A stretch of 64,000 nt of DNA from Candidatus Melainabacteria bacterium (GCA_902168245.1 CABHPA010000085.1:14805-78804); one strand, 5' to 3'; positions 48,613-58,123 are shown, counted from the first letter of the stretch. A program made the numbers and translations. Notes: generated by a model not told the origin, from the letters alone.

Positions 48613-49738
48613 TCAGCTTTTTCCCTTCCATGGAAGCGTGATTAACACCTGCTACGGGCTGAGCCAACGGCTCGGCATGCTCCACCGGCGGCTTTTCCAG
48701 GGTCAACCCGCCGGTAATGGGATCCGCAGAGGGCATATTAATAGCCTTCCCCTTATAGGGGCCATCATTTTTCATGGCGTTCGTCCAAGGGCGATTGCTG
48801 CCAACCGGCCTGCACACATTGATTTGGGCCAAACCGAGAGGCGGGGTCATCGCCTCGGGCAATTCCGGTTTCAAGTCGTTGTTATAGGACAGGGAGCGAA
48901 CGTGACGTACCAGGTTGGTAATCAGGTTCTCATTGAACATGTAGGTGATCTTGCCGGTATCCTTATCCACGTTCACATCACCATACCAGGACGGCATCGC
49001 GGACGGATAAATCCCTTCGCAGATATACTTGAACAACTGGGCGTCCGTCCGGTTGTAAACCCGGTTGTACTGACGGAAATTAGCAGGCGCTGGCATAAAG
49101 TTGTGAACCAGCGCGCCATCGTGCAATTCGTGGTTGCCAGTTTTACCCGTGTAGAGAGGGCCGTCGGCATTGCCTTTTGTGCCGTGACAAACCGCGCAGT
49201 TACCGCCGAAAATGGCGGCCACGTCGACTTTGGGATCCGGCGACTTGATATCGCCAGCCCCGGCCAAATAACGCGTGTAGAAGATAACCGCCCAACGATC
49301 GTCATGGTTGATCGCATCCCTAAAAGCTGGATGGTGAGCGGGCAAAAGCTTTTTGCGCTCAGGCGTTGGCATCACCACTTCGGGAGCGCCGCCTTCCGTC
49401 AGCATCGAATACATATCAATCGGGGTGGTAAAAGCCAAGTCTTCTTTGACTTTCTGATTTTGCCAGGATGCTTGCGTATGACATTTGACGCACTGCTGCC
49501 GGAAAATTTCCCGCCCCTTCATCAGGGAAGGCGGCTGGGAAGGAAACGCGAAGTCCATATTAGCCAGCTTCTGATCCACCACAGGCTCCGAAAAAAGCGC
49601 CTTGTTGGTGTTTTCAATTTTAGTGGGCTGCCCGGTACACCCGCTGAGCAAGACGGTCAGCGAGACAACGGCAGTCAGGGCCAAGGCTCTTGCGAATGAG
49701 ACCTTGCGGGAAGTCTGCTTTTTTAAAGACAAGTCCAT
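48605..49738 (-). CDS. Di-heme c-type cytochrome lipoprotein (bc-complex cytochrome c subunit)
   Basis: Lipobox LLSGC; two CxxCH motifs (CVKCH, CAVCH). Confidence 0.75.
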   Translation of the reverse strand: MDLSLKKQTSRKVSFARALALTAVVSLTVLLSGCTGQPTKIENTNKALFSEPVVDQKLANMDFAFPSQPPSLMKGREIFRQQCVKCHTQASWQNQKVKEDLAFTTPIDMYSMLTEGGAPEVVMPTPERKKLLPAHHPAFRDAINHDDRWAVIFYTRYLAGAGDIKSPDPKVDVAAIFGGNCAVCHGTKGNADGPLYTGKTGNHELHDGALVHNFMPAPANFRQYNRVYNRTDAQLFKYICEGIYPSAMPSWYGDVNVDKDTGKITYMFNENLITNLVRHVRSLSYNNDLKPELPEAMTPPLGLAQINVCRPVGSNRPWTNAMKNDGPYKGKAINMPSADPITGGLTLEKPPVEHAEPLAQPVAGVNHASMEGKKLNE

Positions 49739-49759
49739 GTATGTATAGCCTTTTTGCTT

Positions 49760-49933
49760 TTAGTATCCGAAAAACTGAATCCAGGAAATAGAGGCCCATC
49801 CGACAATCAGGATGAAGAAGAGCCAAAGAAACCAAGGCACCTTATGCTCGCCTACCTCAAATTCGTCATAGGAGGCAGATGATTCTGCGCCACCGTGGTT
49901 TAAATCCTGTTCGATTTGACTATTTTCAGCCAT
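49760..49933 (-). CDS. Small single-TM protein (57 aa), possible oxidase accessory subunit
   Basis: Below the ORF-track cutoff, translated by hand: MAENSQIEQDLNHGGAESSASYDEFEVGEHKVPWFLWLFFILIVGWASISWIQFFGY. Lies between the oxidase and bc genes. Confidence 0.35.
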   Translation of the reverse strand: MAENSQIEQDLNHGGAESSASYDEFEVGEHKVPWFLWLFFILIVGWASISWIQFFGY

Positions 49934-49953
49934 GGGTCAGGGCTCCGTTCTGA

Positions 49954-50124
49954 TTAATCTTCATCATGCAGCATGCGAAATTTGGATTCTTCCAAGCCTT
50001 CCAGCTTCCCGTTTTTAGAGGCCCACATCATAGCGGCGAAAGCCAACAGGAAAAATAGGATGCAGATGGCGAAAGCCGCAATGTAGCCAGGGCCGATACC
50101 GCCGGAAAGACAAGAGGGGCACAT
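49954..50124 (-). CDS. CcoS/FixS-like cbb3 oxidase maturation small protein (56 aa)
   Basis: Translated by hand: MCPSCLSGGIGPGYIAAFAICILFFLLAFAAMMWASKNGKLEGLEESKFRMLHDED. TM followed by W..K.GQ/K..DLEG pattern like CcoS. ATG overlaps the ccoO stop. Confidence 0.45.
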   Translation of the reverse strand: MCPSCLSGGIGPGYIAAFAICILFFLLAFAAMMWASKNGKLEGLEESKFRMLHDED

Positions 50125-51179
50125 TAGTGTCTTCCTCCCCCAGGTACCAGTTCGGGGTTTTCAGCATGCAGTTCGGACAAACGCTCAATTTCGTTATAGT
50201 TCTTATCCATCAATTGAGGCTGATCCAGTTGAGAATAGTTGGTAACTTCAACCTGCCCGGTAGGTGTAGACGGATCAACCGGCAAGGTCTTGATAAAGGC
50301 CACCAGGTAAGCCAGTTGCTGCTCGCTCAGACTACGTCCCCAGCGAGGCATCCGGGTTCCGGCGACACCTTCCTTGAGCCGCCAGTAGTACAGCGCATCG
50401 GTGTATGCTCGGTAGAAAGGACGGGTCAGATTGGCGGGTTTTTTAATCATGGAAGAGCTAATCGGGCCGTTGCCGCGACCGGTTACACCGTGGCACACCG
50501 CGCAGTTTTGCATGTAAATCCCGCGACCGGAGTTGGCAATCGCAGAGTTGTTGGTATCCACGTTCTTGGAGACACGCTTCCATTCATCGCGCATTTCCTG
50601 GGGCGCTTCCAGCCAGGTCAGACGATCATGGGCGGGAGCGGCGCTATGGCCACCAGCGACCTCTTTATGCTCAGGCTTACCGTCCAGGCCACGACGGCGG
50701 GCTTCCAATTCTCGCTCGCGTCCCAGGGTTTGCAGGTAAGCGACGAGATCTTTCATGTCCCTTTCGGACAAATAGCTGAAAGAAGGCATTAAAGAGCCGG
50801 GTTTCACGGCGCGAGGCTGCATATGGTGCGCCACATGCCAAGCGTCAGGATATTTGCCGCCCACGTTGGAAAGATCCGGGCCGGTACGCTCGGTACCCAG
50901 CAAGTGCGGGGTTTGGTTCACATAATCGCCCGCCAGAACCATCTCGCCCATTTCCCGATCCTGGTAGCGGACGAACTGGGTATGGCAATAGACGCATCCT
51001 TCACGCTTGTACACTTCACGGCCATGCGCTTCGCTGAGGGTATAGACATAAGCGCCCTGCTTGGTCGCTTCCGGCTGGAAGGTGGTTGCAGGTAAGATGG
51101 CGGTTACGAAGATGATTGTGAGGAAGATGAGGGCCACAAAGACAGCGGCAATCAGATAGTTGAGAATTCTATGTTGCAT
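50124..51179 (-). CDS. ccoO: cbb3-type cytochrome c oxidase subunit CcoO fused to an additional mono-heme cytochrome c domain
   Basis: N-terminal TM + GREVYKREGCVYCHTQFVR...TGPDLSNVGGKYPDAWHVAH matches the CcoO signature; second CxxCH (NCAVCHG) in the C-terminal half. Confidence 0.7.
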   Translation of the reverse strand: MQHRILNYLIAAVFVALIFLTIIFVTAILPATTFQPEATKQGAYVYTLSEAHGREVYKREGCVYCHTQFVRYQDREMGEMVLAGDYVNQTPHLLGTERTGPDLSNVGGKYPDAWHVAHHMQPRAVKPGSLMPSFSYLSERDMKDLVAYLQTLGRERELEARRRGLDGKPEHKEVAGGHSAAPAHDRLTWLEAPQEMRDEWKRVSKNVDTNNSAIANSGRGIYMQNCAVCHGVTGRGNGPISSSMIKKPANLTRPFYRAYTDALYYWRLKEGVAGTRMPRWGRSLSEQQLAYLVAFIKTLPVDPSTPTGQVEVTNYSQLDQPQLMDKNYNEIERLSELHAENPELVPGGGRH

Positions 51180-51215
51180 AGTGTCGTCTTTCCTTAATAG
51201 TCCTTGTGCGCACCC

Positions 51216-52622
51216 TTATACATAGGCGATCCCGGTGGGGGATTCCGGCAGAGGCTCCGCCGACTTGGAGAATACAGTCTTATAAATGTTCAACATGTAG
51301 AGGATCTGGCCCGCAATCAACATGATGCCGGAGATAAAACGAACCAGGAAGTAAGGCACCATCTCCATCACCCACTGATCGTAAGGCAGCGTGAAGTGCC
51401 AGCCAGCGGCCTGAATCAAGCCAGCAATGGTCAGGGCGATCATCATCACGATCCATCCGATGAAACTCAGCCAGAAATGCCAGATGGCCAGCGCGCGGCT
51501 ATAGATTTTACGGCCGGTGATTTTGGGAATGATGAAGTAAGAGGCGGAAAACACGATGAAAGAGAAGGTCGCAAGCAAGGCCAGGTGAGCGTGACCCACC
51601 ACCCAGTTGGAGAAGTGCAGGTACCAGTTGATACTACGGGTTGCCTGGAACGGCCCCTGCATACAAGTCAGCAGGTAGGCCAAACCAGCCGCCATGGCGA
51701 ACCGCATGGGGATATGATCCGCCATCAGGTGCCATTTGCCCTTCAGGGTCATAAAGAAGTTGGTTTGAACCGTCAGTACGGGAATCAACAAGAAAACGCT
51801 GGAGATGACCGCAATCGCTTTCAGCCACTCAGGAACTGGGGATTGCAGGATGTGGTGGGTACCCGTAGGCGCATAGAACATCCCAATCGTCCAGAAGCCA
51901 ATCATGGACAAGGTGTGGCTGTAGAGAGGATTGCCGGAGAAACGGGGCAGCAGGTAGTACAAAATACCGACCCCACCCACCGTAAACCACATACCCAGAA
52001 TGTTGTGACCATAGAACCAGCCCGCAATGGCGTCATTCAGGCCAGTGAACTGTACAAACGCCCGGTTACCGACCACGTACACAATCGGGAACCAGAACAA
52101 AGCGCCCATAAAGTACCAGAGACTGACGTACCATTTTTTCTCACTGCCGGTAAAGATGGTCATATAAACGTTCAAACCCACCAGCAGAAGGGCGCCCAGC
52201 ACCAACCAGTCGAAGGGGCCATTTAACTCGGCGTATTCACGGCCTTCGGTGTAGCCGTTCATAATGCTCCACACCCCCAGAATCACCGTCAGATTCCAGA
52301 GAAACAGGGTAATGTTGCCGAGCCGCTCGCTCCACATGCTTTTACGACCGGACAGCACCGGCACAATGTAGAACATGCAGGACACGTAACCCATGGACAG
52401 CCAGCCAATCAGCACCGTGTTAATGTGCGCAGGCCGCAAACGACCAAAGGCCAACTGGGGAATGCCGTGGATAATATCGGGGTTGGACATCAGCAGAGCC
52501 GCAATCAGCCCGAAAAGCATGCCAAATACTAAATAGAAGATAGCGCATAGCAAAAAGTTTCGGCTGGCGCTGTATGGCTCATCACTAAACGCGGCACGCC
52601 ATAAATTGGTAAGGGCTTGCAT
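51216..52622 (-). CDS. ccoN: cbb3-type cytochrome c oxidase subunit I (CcoN)
   Basis: 468 aa, 12+ TM, heme-copper oxidase His patterns (HINTVLIGW, WFYGHNILGMWF, VVGHAHLALL). Confidence 0.8.
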   Translation of the reverse strand: MQALTNLWRAAFSDEPYSASRNFLLCAIFYLVFGMLFGLIAALLMSNPDIIHGIPQLAFGRLRPAHINTVLIGWLSMGYVSCMFYIVPVLSGRKSMWSERLGNITLFLWNLTVILGVWSIMNGYTEGREYAELNGPFDWLVLGALLLVGLNVYMTIFTGSEKKWYVSLWYFMGALFWFPIVYVVGNRAFVQFTGLNDAIAGWFYGHNILGMWFTVGGVGILYYLLPRFSGNPLYSHTLSMIGFWTIGMFYAPTGTHHILQSPVPEWLKAIAVISSVFLLIPVLTVQTNFFMTLKGKWHLMADHIPMRFAMAAGLAYLLTCMQGPFQATRSINWYLHFSNWVVGHAHLALLATFSFIVFSASYFIIPKITGRKIYSRALAIWHFWLSFIGWIVMMIALTIAGLIQAAGWHFTLPYDQWVMEMVPYFLVRFISGIMLIAGQILYMLNIYKTVFSKSAEPLPESPTGIAYV

Positions 52623-53059
52623 ATATTTTACATATCTCCAGGGTAAGACTTACGAGGGGCTCAAAACTGATTACCGTTAATTTTCCATCCTTAGTATAAC
52701 CACGGGGAATTTTCAGGAAATATGCGTAAACACATACTCCAGATCGGCTCCTGCCCCTTTTTTTAAAGGGTATCAAAAAAATTTACAGAGCGTGATCTTG
52801 CAACATAATTTGTTTTTAATTCTTAAAGTTATTCATCCCATTCGGACTTACCCTTTCACCCTCGATATTCGGCCAAGGACGGTTTTAAGCAAGCCCGCGC
52901 CACCATCGAATCCGAATCAAATATATCCAACTTCAGTCCTCAAAACTGCATATGGATTATTCAAAACATCAGAGTGTATATCGTACTTCTATCTGTAACG
53001 TATTCCGGCCGCATTGTTTTTTGAGCCGCCGTAGCGCCTGAATAGGCTATAATGGCCCT

Positions 53060-54082
53060 ATGGCAGAAACACCTTTACTGAAAATTCAGGATCTCACGGT
53101 GGCCTTTCCCACCGAAACCGATCCCGCATACGCCATTAACCACCTTTCCCTGGAAATCCAACCAGGAGAAGTACTGGGCCTGGTAGGCGAATCCGGCTGC
53201 GGAAAAAGCATGACCAGCCTGGCTACGCTGCGATTGATTCCATCACCCGGCTATATTGCCAATGGCTCGGTTCATTTCAAAGGTCAAAACCTGTTATCCC
53301 TTAATGCAGAGGGAATTCGCAAGGTGCGAGGCGCGCAAATCGCCCTGATTCCACAAGACCCGTTGACTTCGCTGAACCCGGTCTACACTATCGGCGATCA
53401 GATTATGGAAGTGCTCCTGCTGCACCAGCATCTTTCCAAAAATGACGCCCGCAAACGGGCCATTGAACTGCTGGATCTGGTGCGCATCCCCAACAGCCGG
53501 GATCGCATTAACGACTACCCCCACCAGTTTTCCGGCGGTATGCGACAGCGGGTCATGATTGCGATGGCCTTGAGCTGCACCCCCGCCCTTTTAATTGCCG
53601 ATGAACCCACCACCGCGCTGGATGTAACCGTACAGGCCCAGATTTTACAATTGCTACGCGACATTCGCCGGGAACACCAGACCGCCATTATGCTGATTAC
53701 ACACGATTTGGGCGTAGTAGCGGAAATGTGCGACGAAGTGGCCGTCATGTACGCTGGCCGCGTGGTGGAAAAAGCCAGCGTGATGGATCTGTTCAAATCG
53801 CCCAAGCACCCTTACACGTGGGGATTGCTGGAATCCCTGCCCACCATGAACCATAGCCGCTTGAAACCCATTGAAGGCCAGCCACCTTCCATTACGGAAA
53901 TCCCGATGGGCTGCTCTTTTGAACCCCGGTGCAGCAAGCGGATGGACGTATGCAAAACCGTTTTTCCCTTAGCGGCGGAGGAAGGGACTAACCACCAGGT
54001 TTGCTGCTACCTGTATCCGGGCAGTTACCATCCGGATCAGCCGAAAGACCAAATGCCTCCGGCAACAACGCTTTTATCTTGA
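53060..54082 (+). CDS. Oligopeptide/dipeptide-type ABC transporter ATP-binding protein (OppD/DppD-like), orphan
   Basis: Walker A GESGCGKS, signature FSGGMRQRVMIAMAL, C-terminal oligopeptide ABC extension with Cys cluster. Confidence 0.75.
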   Translation: MAETPLLKIQDLTVAFPTETDPAYAINHLSLEIQPGEVLGLVGESGCGKSMTSLATLRLIPSPGYIANGSVHFKGQNLLSLNAEGIRKVRGAQIALIPQDPLTSLNPVYTIGDQIMEVLLLHQHLSKNDARKRAIELLDLVRIPNSRDRINDYPHQFSGGMRQRVMIAMALSCTPALLIADEPTTALDVTVQAQILQLLRDIRREHQTAIMLITHDLGVVAEMCDEVAVMYAGRVVEKASVMDLFKSPKHPYTWGLLESLPTMNHSRLKPIEGQPPSITEIPMGCSFEPRCSKRMDVCKTVFPLAAEEGTNHQVCCYLYPGSYHPDQPKDQMPPATTLLS

Positions 54083-54458
54083 GGCTTTTGGGATGACCGT
54101 TGTGTTCATCCGTCATAATCACCAACGCATCCGGCTCTAAAAACTCGGCCAATACCTGACGGCAAGCCCCGCAAGGGGTCACGGAACCATGGGGACGGCG
54201 GGAAGCCCACACCGCAATGGCCTTAAACTTCCGCTTGCCTTCGGAAACGGCTTTTACAACCGCCGAACGCTCCGCGCAAAGGGTAAGCCCATAGCTGGCG
54301 TTTTCAACGTTAACGCCGCAAACCACGTCACCGTCGTCTGTCAGCAAAGCGGCCCCCACCGGGAAATCGCTATAGGGCGCATACGCTTTTTGCGCCGCCT
54401 GGCAAGCAGCTTGCAGCAACAAGGCCACTTCCTGCTCGGATACCCCTTGCCCCATCAT
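53988..54458 (-). CDS. cdd: Cytidine deaminase
   Basis: CAERSAV and PCGACRQVL zinc-binding motifs. 3' end overlaps the convergent ABC ATPase gene by about 95 nt. Confidence 0.75.
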   Translation of the reverse strand: MMGQGVSEQEVALLLQAACQAAQKAYAPYSDFPVGAALLTDDGDVVCGVNVENASYGLTLCAERSAVVKAVSEGKRKFKAIAVWASRRPHGSVTPCGACRQVLAEFLEPDALVIMTDEHNGHPKSLKIKALLPEAFGLSADPDGNCPDTGSSKPGG

Positions 54459-54469
54459 TCGCGTTCCCC

Positions 54470-55753
54470 TTATTTGCTGGCCAGATACTGGGATTCCAGG
54501 TACTTGACGGCCCGCTCCAGTTGGGGATCGCGGTGCGCCCGGAAATCCTCCTCGGTATAAGACACCTTGATGTTCGGCTCGATCCCTTTTTTGTTGATAT
54601 CCGTCCCGTTGGGAGTCAGGTACTTGGAAATGGTAATATTCAGGCCCGATCCGTTGGAAAGGGTGTTAATCTTCTGCACCAGCCCTTTGCCGAAAGATTG
54701 GCTTCCAATCAGGGTAGCCCGGTGGTTATCCTTCAGGGCGCCGCTTAAAATCTCGCTGGCGCTGGCACTACCGCCATCGATCAGCACCACCAGGGGCTTC
54801 TGGTAGTCCATGCCCGTATGGGCCTCGTACACCCGGCGATCTTTTTCACGGTTCACAATCGAGACAATATCGCCGTGATCCAGAAATTTATCCGCAATTT
54901 CCACCGCGTTGGAGAACAGGCCGCCATAGTTGCCACGCAAATCAATAATCAGCGCCTGCTTGTCCTGCATTTTGCGCATAATGTCATCCAGCTCGTTCAG
55001 CATGGTTTCGCTGATAAAGCTGCTCAGGCGGATATAGCCAATCCGCTTGTCGTCCAGCGGCTTGGTAAACACCGATTTCAGCTTGATTTCCCCGCGCTGG
55101 ATGCGTTTTTCAAATTCCTGCTTGCCTCGTTTCACGGTCAGGGTTACAAAAGTGTCCTTTTCGCCCCGAATTTTATCGGCGGCATCTTCCACGCTCATCC
55201 CGGCAGTTTCATGGCCGTCGATGTGGGTGATCACATCCTTGGGCATCAGCCCGGCCTTCTCGGCGGGCGTGTCTTCAATGGTGGCCAATACCATCAGCTT
55301 GTTGTCCCGCATGGAAATCTGGATTCCCACCCCATACAGCTTGGAGTCAATGCTCATGGTCTGCTCGCTCATGTCGCGTGGGCGCAAAAAGCGGGTGTAC
55401 TCATCGTTCAAGCTGGCCACCATGGTGCCAATGGCCACATACGCATCATCCGGATCCTTGATCACCCCTCTGAAGCGATTGCGCCACTCTCCCCAATCCT
55501 GGCCGTTAAAACTGCCATCCACGTATTCCTGGTTAATCATGTTCCAGGCTTCATCGTAAATGTTATTGGCCACAGCCTGCTGGTTTCCCGCGCCGTCCGG
55601 CCCGCTTGCCTGATCTCCGCAGCCTGACAAAGTGCAACCCGACAAAAGACCAAAGGTCAGCAAGAGTAACCCTATAAAGGGTGAGATTCCTCCCCGTTTG
55701 AACAAGGGAGGAATCTGCCAGTATTTCAATATTGGGGAACCCGGTTTATTCAT
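54470..55753 (-). CDS. C-terminal processing peptidase (S41 family, PDZ domain)
   Basis: PDZ (GIQISMRDNKLMVLATIEDTPAEKAGL) and S41 catalytic core (GGSASASEILSGAL, LIDLRGNYGG). Confidence 0.8.
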   Translation of the reverse strand: MNKPGSPILKYWQIPPLFKRGGISPFIGLLLLTFGLLSGCTLSGCGDQASGPDGAGNQQAVANNIYDEAWNMINQEYVDGSFNGQDWGEWRNRFRGVIKDPDDAYVAIGTMVASLNDEYTRFLRPRDMSEQTMSIDSKLYGVGIQISMRDNKLMVLATIEDTPAEKAGLMPKDVITHIDGHETAGMSVEDAADKIRGEKDTFVTLTVKRGKQEFEKRIQRGEIKLKSVFTKPLDDKRIGYIRLSSFISETMLNELDDIMRKMQDKQALIIDLRGNYGGLFSNAVEIADKFLDHGDIVSIVNREKDRRVYEAHTGMDYQKPLVVLIDGGSASASEILSGALKDNHRATLIGSQSFGKGLVQKINTLSNGSGLNITISKYLTPNGTDINKKGIEPNIKVSYTEEDFRAHRDPQLERAVKYLESQYLASK

Positions 55754-55780
55754 AGGGTTTGGATTAAAACCAGGGCTAAA

Positions 55781-56815
55781 TTAGTAATTTACATCTTCAG
55801 GGATTGGCATTTTGTTGCCGGTGGTGTTGGAGAGAATAAACAGATCGATAATTTCCGACAGTTCGTTCGCTTTGCCCTGATAGTATTTAATATCCGTTTC
55901 CAGCTTGCGGATGACGGTTTTGTACTCTTCAATCTTCTTGATGTTGGCGCGAACCGCATCCAGCATTTCGGACTGGGCGGACTGGGCTTCGGACAGCACG
56001 TCCTCCATGGAAATGCCCATGGCTTCCATGGTCAGGCGGATGATTTGCGCGCCGGTTTGCTTGGTCACGCCTTCGGGCAGTTCGTTAACCAGGCGAATCA
56101 AGGTTTTAACGTTGCCGCTGAACTCGGTGTCCACTTCCTGCGGGGCCACTTCCTGCACAAAGTGCGACATGGAGCTGAACTGACTTTGCTGGCTATGGCT
56201 GGTGTGGGCGCGCTCATAGCTGGCATCAGCCGACAATGTGGACAACGGCAAGTCTTCATCCCCAAAAGAGATGGGTGCTTTGGATAAATCTTTGTAGCCA
56301 GAAAGGTCTGCCATACTTCCTCCCGAAATTACGCTATTTGTCTTGACATGAGATGTTTGAGATGAAGAGGAAGGGGCTCCGGCCGGATGAGAAATCTCCG
56401 TTTTTGCATCCGGTACCACACCTCTCATCGATAGTGTATCACCAAAATCGTTTTTTTTGCTTTTCTCCCCCTGAACGGCTTCCCGTTCCTGTTGCACCAA
56501 CCTCAGTTCCGTGGTCAGCCGGGTTCGGCTCTCCTTCAGTTCCTCCGGCAAGTCCGCCTCAACGTCCTCATCCTCGGACAGCAGGCTATAAACGCTCTCC
56601 CCGTTAGGAAGCGCCGTATCCCGTTCCGGCAGCACATGCGGTTTGGGTTCGACAGGAACCCTTTGCGGCGAGACAAACTGAATCCCATCCCCTTCGCCGG
56701 TAATGGAAGTCTGCAAAGCCGCCAGCAACTTCTGTCTCAAGTCGGATGCGGGGCCAGTCGGGTTCTGTTGATCACTCATAACACCTATTATCCGCTTCAT
56801 GCCAAACCCTGACAA
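55781..56815 (-). CDS. Hypothetical protein with disordered acidic/Ser-rich N-terminal two-thirds and structured C-terminal domain
   Basis: Coding-like ORF; no recognisable domain. Confidence 0.35.
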   Translation of the reverse strand: MSGFGMKRIIGVMSDQQNPTGPASDLRQKLLAALQTSITGEGDGIQFVSPQRVPVEPKPHVLPERDTALPNGESVYSLLSEDEDVEADLPEELKESRTRLTTELRLVQQEREAVQGEKSKKNDFGDTLSMRGVVPDAKTEISHPAGAPSSSSQTSHVKTNSVISGGSMADLSGYKDLSKAPISFGDEDLPLSTLSADASYERAHTSHSQQSQFSSMSHFVQEVAPQEVDTEFSGNVKTLIRLVNELPEGVTKQTGAQIIRLTMEAMGISMEDVLSEAQSAQSEMLDAVRANIKKIEEYKTVIRKLETDIKYYQGKANELSEIIDLFILSNTTGNKMPIPEDVNY

Positions 56816-56920
56816 GTACGCAATACAAGCGGAACCATAAAATCCCCCATGCGAACGATTTTTGAAAGCCCCTCAAGCCGTCCACCCCGCCAACTGAAAA
56901 GCTGCTAGAATAGCTCTAAT

Positions 56921-58123
56921 ATGAACAGTTCCGAGATGAAAATCATTACAGGCGCAACGCTGGTTCACCCAAACGGTAGCCAAAGCGAAGGAACCCTGCT
57001 GATTGAAGGCAACCGAATCCGGGCCATTACCAGCGAGCCGCCAGCTTCCTTGCTGTTGAGCCATGAGGACGTGGAAGTTTTTTCCGGCGCGGGGTGCTAT
57101 TTAACCCCCGGCCTGATTGAACTCCATTTTAACGGCGCCTTGGGCTGCAACCTGAACCAGACCACCATCGGGGAAGTTCACCAACTGCTGCAAAAGTTAC
57201 CGGCCTTTGGCATTACCAGCGTTTTATTCACGGTAATTACCGGGCCGCTCACCGACATGCTTTCGGCCATTCACACACTGGAAGAGGCGATCCATTACAA
57301 AACGCCATACCAGTGCCGCCCGCTGGGCATTCACCTGGAAGGCCCGTTCATCAGCCCCGCGTTCCGGGGAACGCACCCACCCACCGAAGTACGGCCCCTG
57401 AACCTGGACGAGCTGACCCTGCTGCTTTCCCCCATGACCAAAATGATTACCCTGGCCCCGGAACTGGACCCTACCGGCGTGGCGATTACCATGCTGCGTC
57501 AACGGGGTATCCAGGTTTCCATGGGACATACCAACGCCACATTCGCCCAAGCCATGCAAGGCATTCGCTACGGGGCCAATAGCGTAACCCACCTGTACAA
57601 CGCCATGCGGCCCTTTCACCACCGGGAACCCGGCATCGTCGCGGCAGCCCTCTGCGAAGATGAATTATACGTGCAGTTTATCGGCGATGGGGCACACGTC
57701 CACCCGGAAGCAATCCGCCTGCTGCTGAAAACCAAAAAGCCCGGCCATATTCTGCTAACCAGCGACGCCAGCCCGCTGGCGGGCATGGAGGATGGTTCAC
57801 AAGGCAGGTTTTCCCTGCAAAACGTGGTGATTCGAGGCAACCAGGTATTAAACCAGGAAGGCGGGCTGGCAGGCAGCAGCAAGCTGGTGCATGACTGCAT
57901 GAAAAACCTGGTTCGTTGGCAACTGGCCGATTTTGGGGAGGCCGTGCAGTATACCTCTTACAACCCGGCGGCCTTTTTGGGAGAAAGCCTGCTGGGCCGA
58001 CTGGAACCCGGCTGCTTTGCCGACCTGGTGCTATGGAACAAAAACACGCTGGAGGTGGAAACCACCTTCATCAACGGGCAGGCCGTTTACCAAAAAACAG
58101 GGGCGGCTGCTAGCCGTTCATAA
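56921..58123 (+). CDS. nagA: N-acetylglucosamine-6-phosphate deacetylase
   Basis: Amidohydrolase pattern (GLIELHFNGALG, metal-binding His/Glu positions); about 400 aa. Confidence 0.65.
   Translation: MNSSEMKIITGATLVHPNGSQSEGTLLIEGNRIRAITSEPPASLLLSHEDVEVFSGAGCYLTPGLIELHFNGALGCNLNQTTIGEVHQLLQKLPAFGITSVLFTVITGPLTDMLSAIHTLEEAIHYKTPYQCRPLGIHLEGPFISPAFRGTHPPTEVRPLNLDELTLLLSPMTKMITLAPELDPTGVAITMLRQRGIQVSMGHTNATFAQAMQGIRYGANSVTHLYNAMRPFHHREPGIVAAALCEDELYVQFIGDGAHVHPEAIRLLLKTKKPGHILLTSDASPLAGMEDGSQGRFSLQNVVIRGNQVLNQEGGLAGSSKLVHDCMKNLVRWQLADFGEAVQYTSYNPAAFLGESLLGRLEPGCFADLVLWNKNTLEVETTFINGQAVYQKTGAAASRS

Noticed and set aside
48575-49699. 374-aa plus-strand ORF antisense to the diheme cytochrome c gene
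   Set aside because: The opposite strand encodes a protein with a lipobox and two CxxCH motifs. This frame has no motifs and is an antisense artefact.
51204-52226. 340-aa plus-strand ORF antisense to ccoN
   Set aside because: His/Gly/Arg-rich translation with no domain; ccoN on the other strand has clear heme-copper oxidase motifs.
52623-53059. Searched the ccoN upstream region for an FNR/Anr box (TTGAT-N4-ATCAA), as expected for cbb3 oxidases
   Set aside because: No convincing match found by eye. Only a weak -35/-10 pair (TTGAGC ... TATAAT, spacer about 21) facing the ABC ATPase gene, which is too weak to call.
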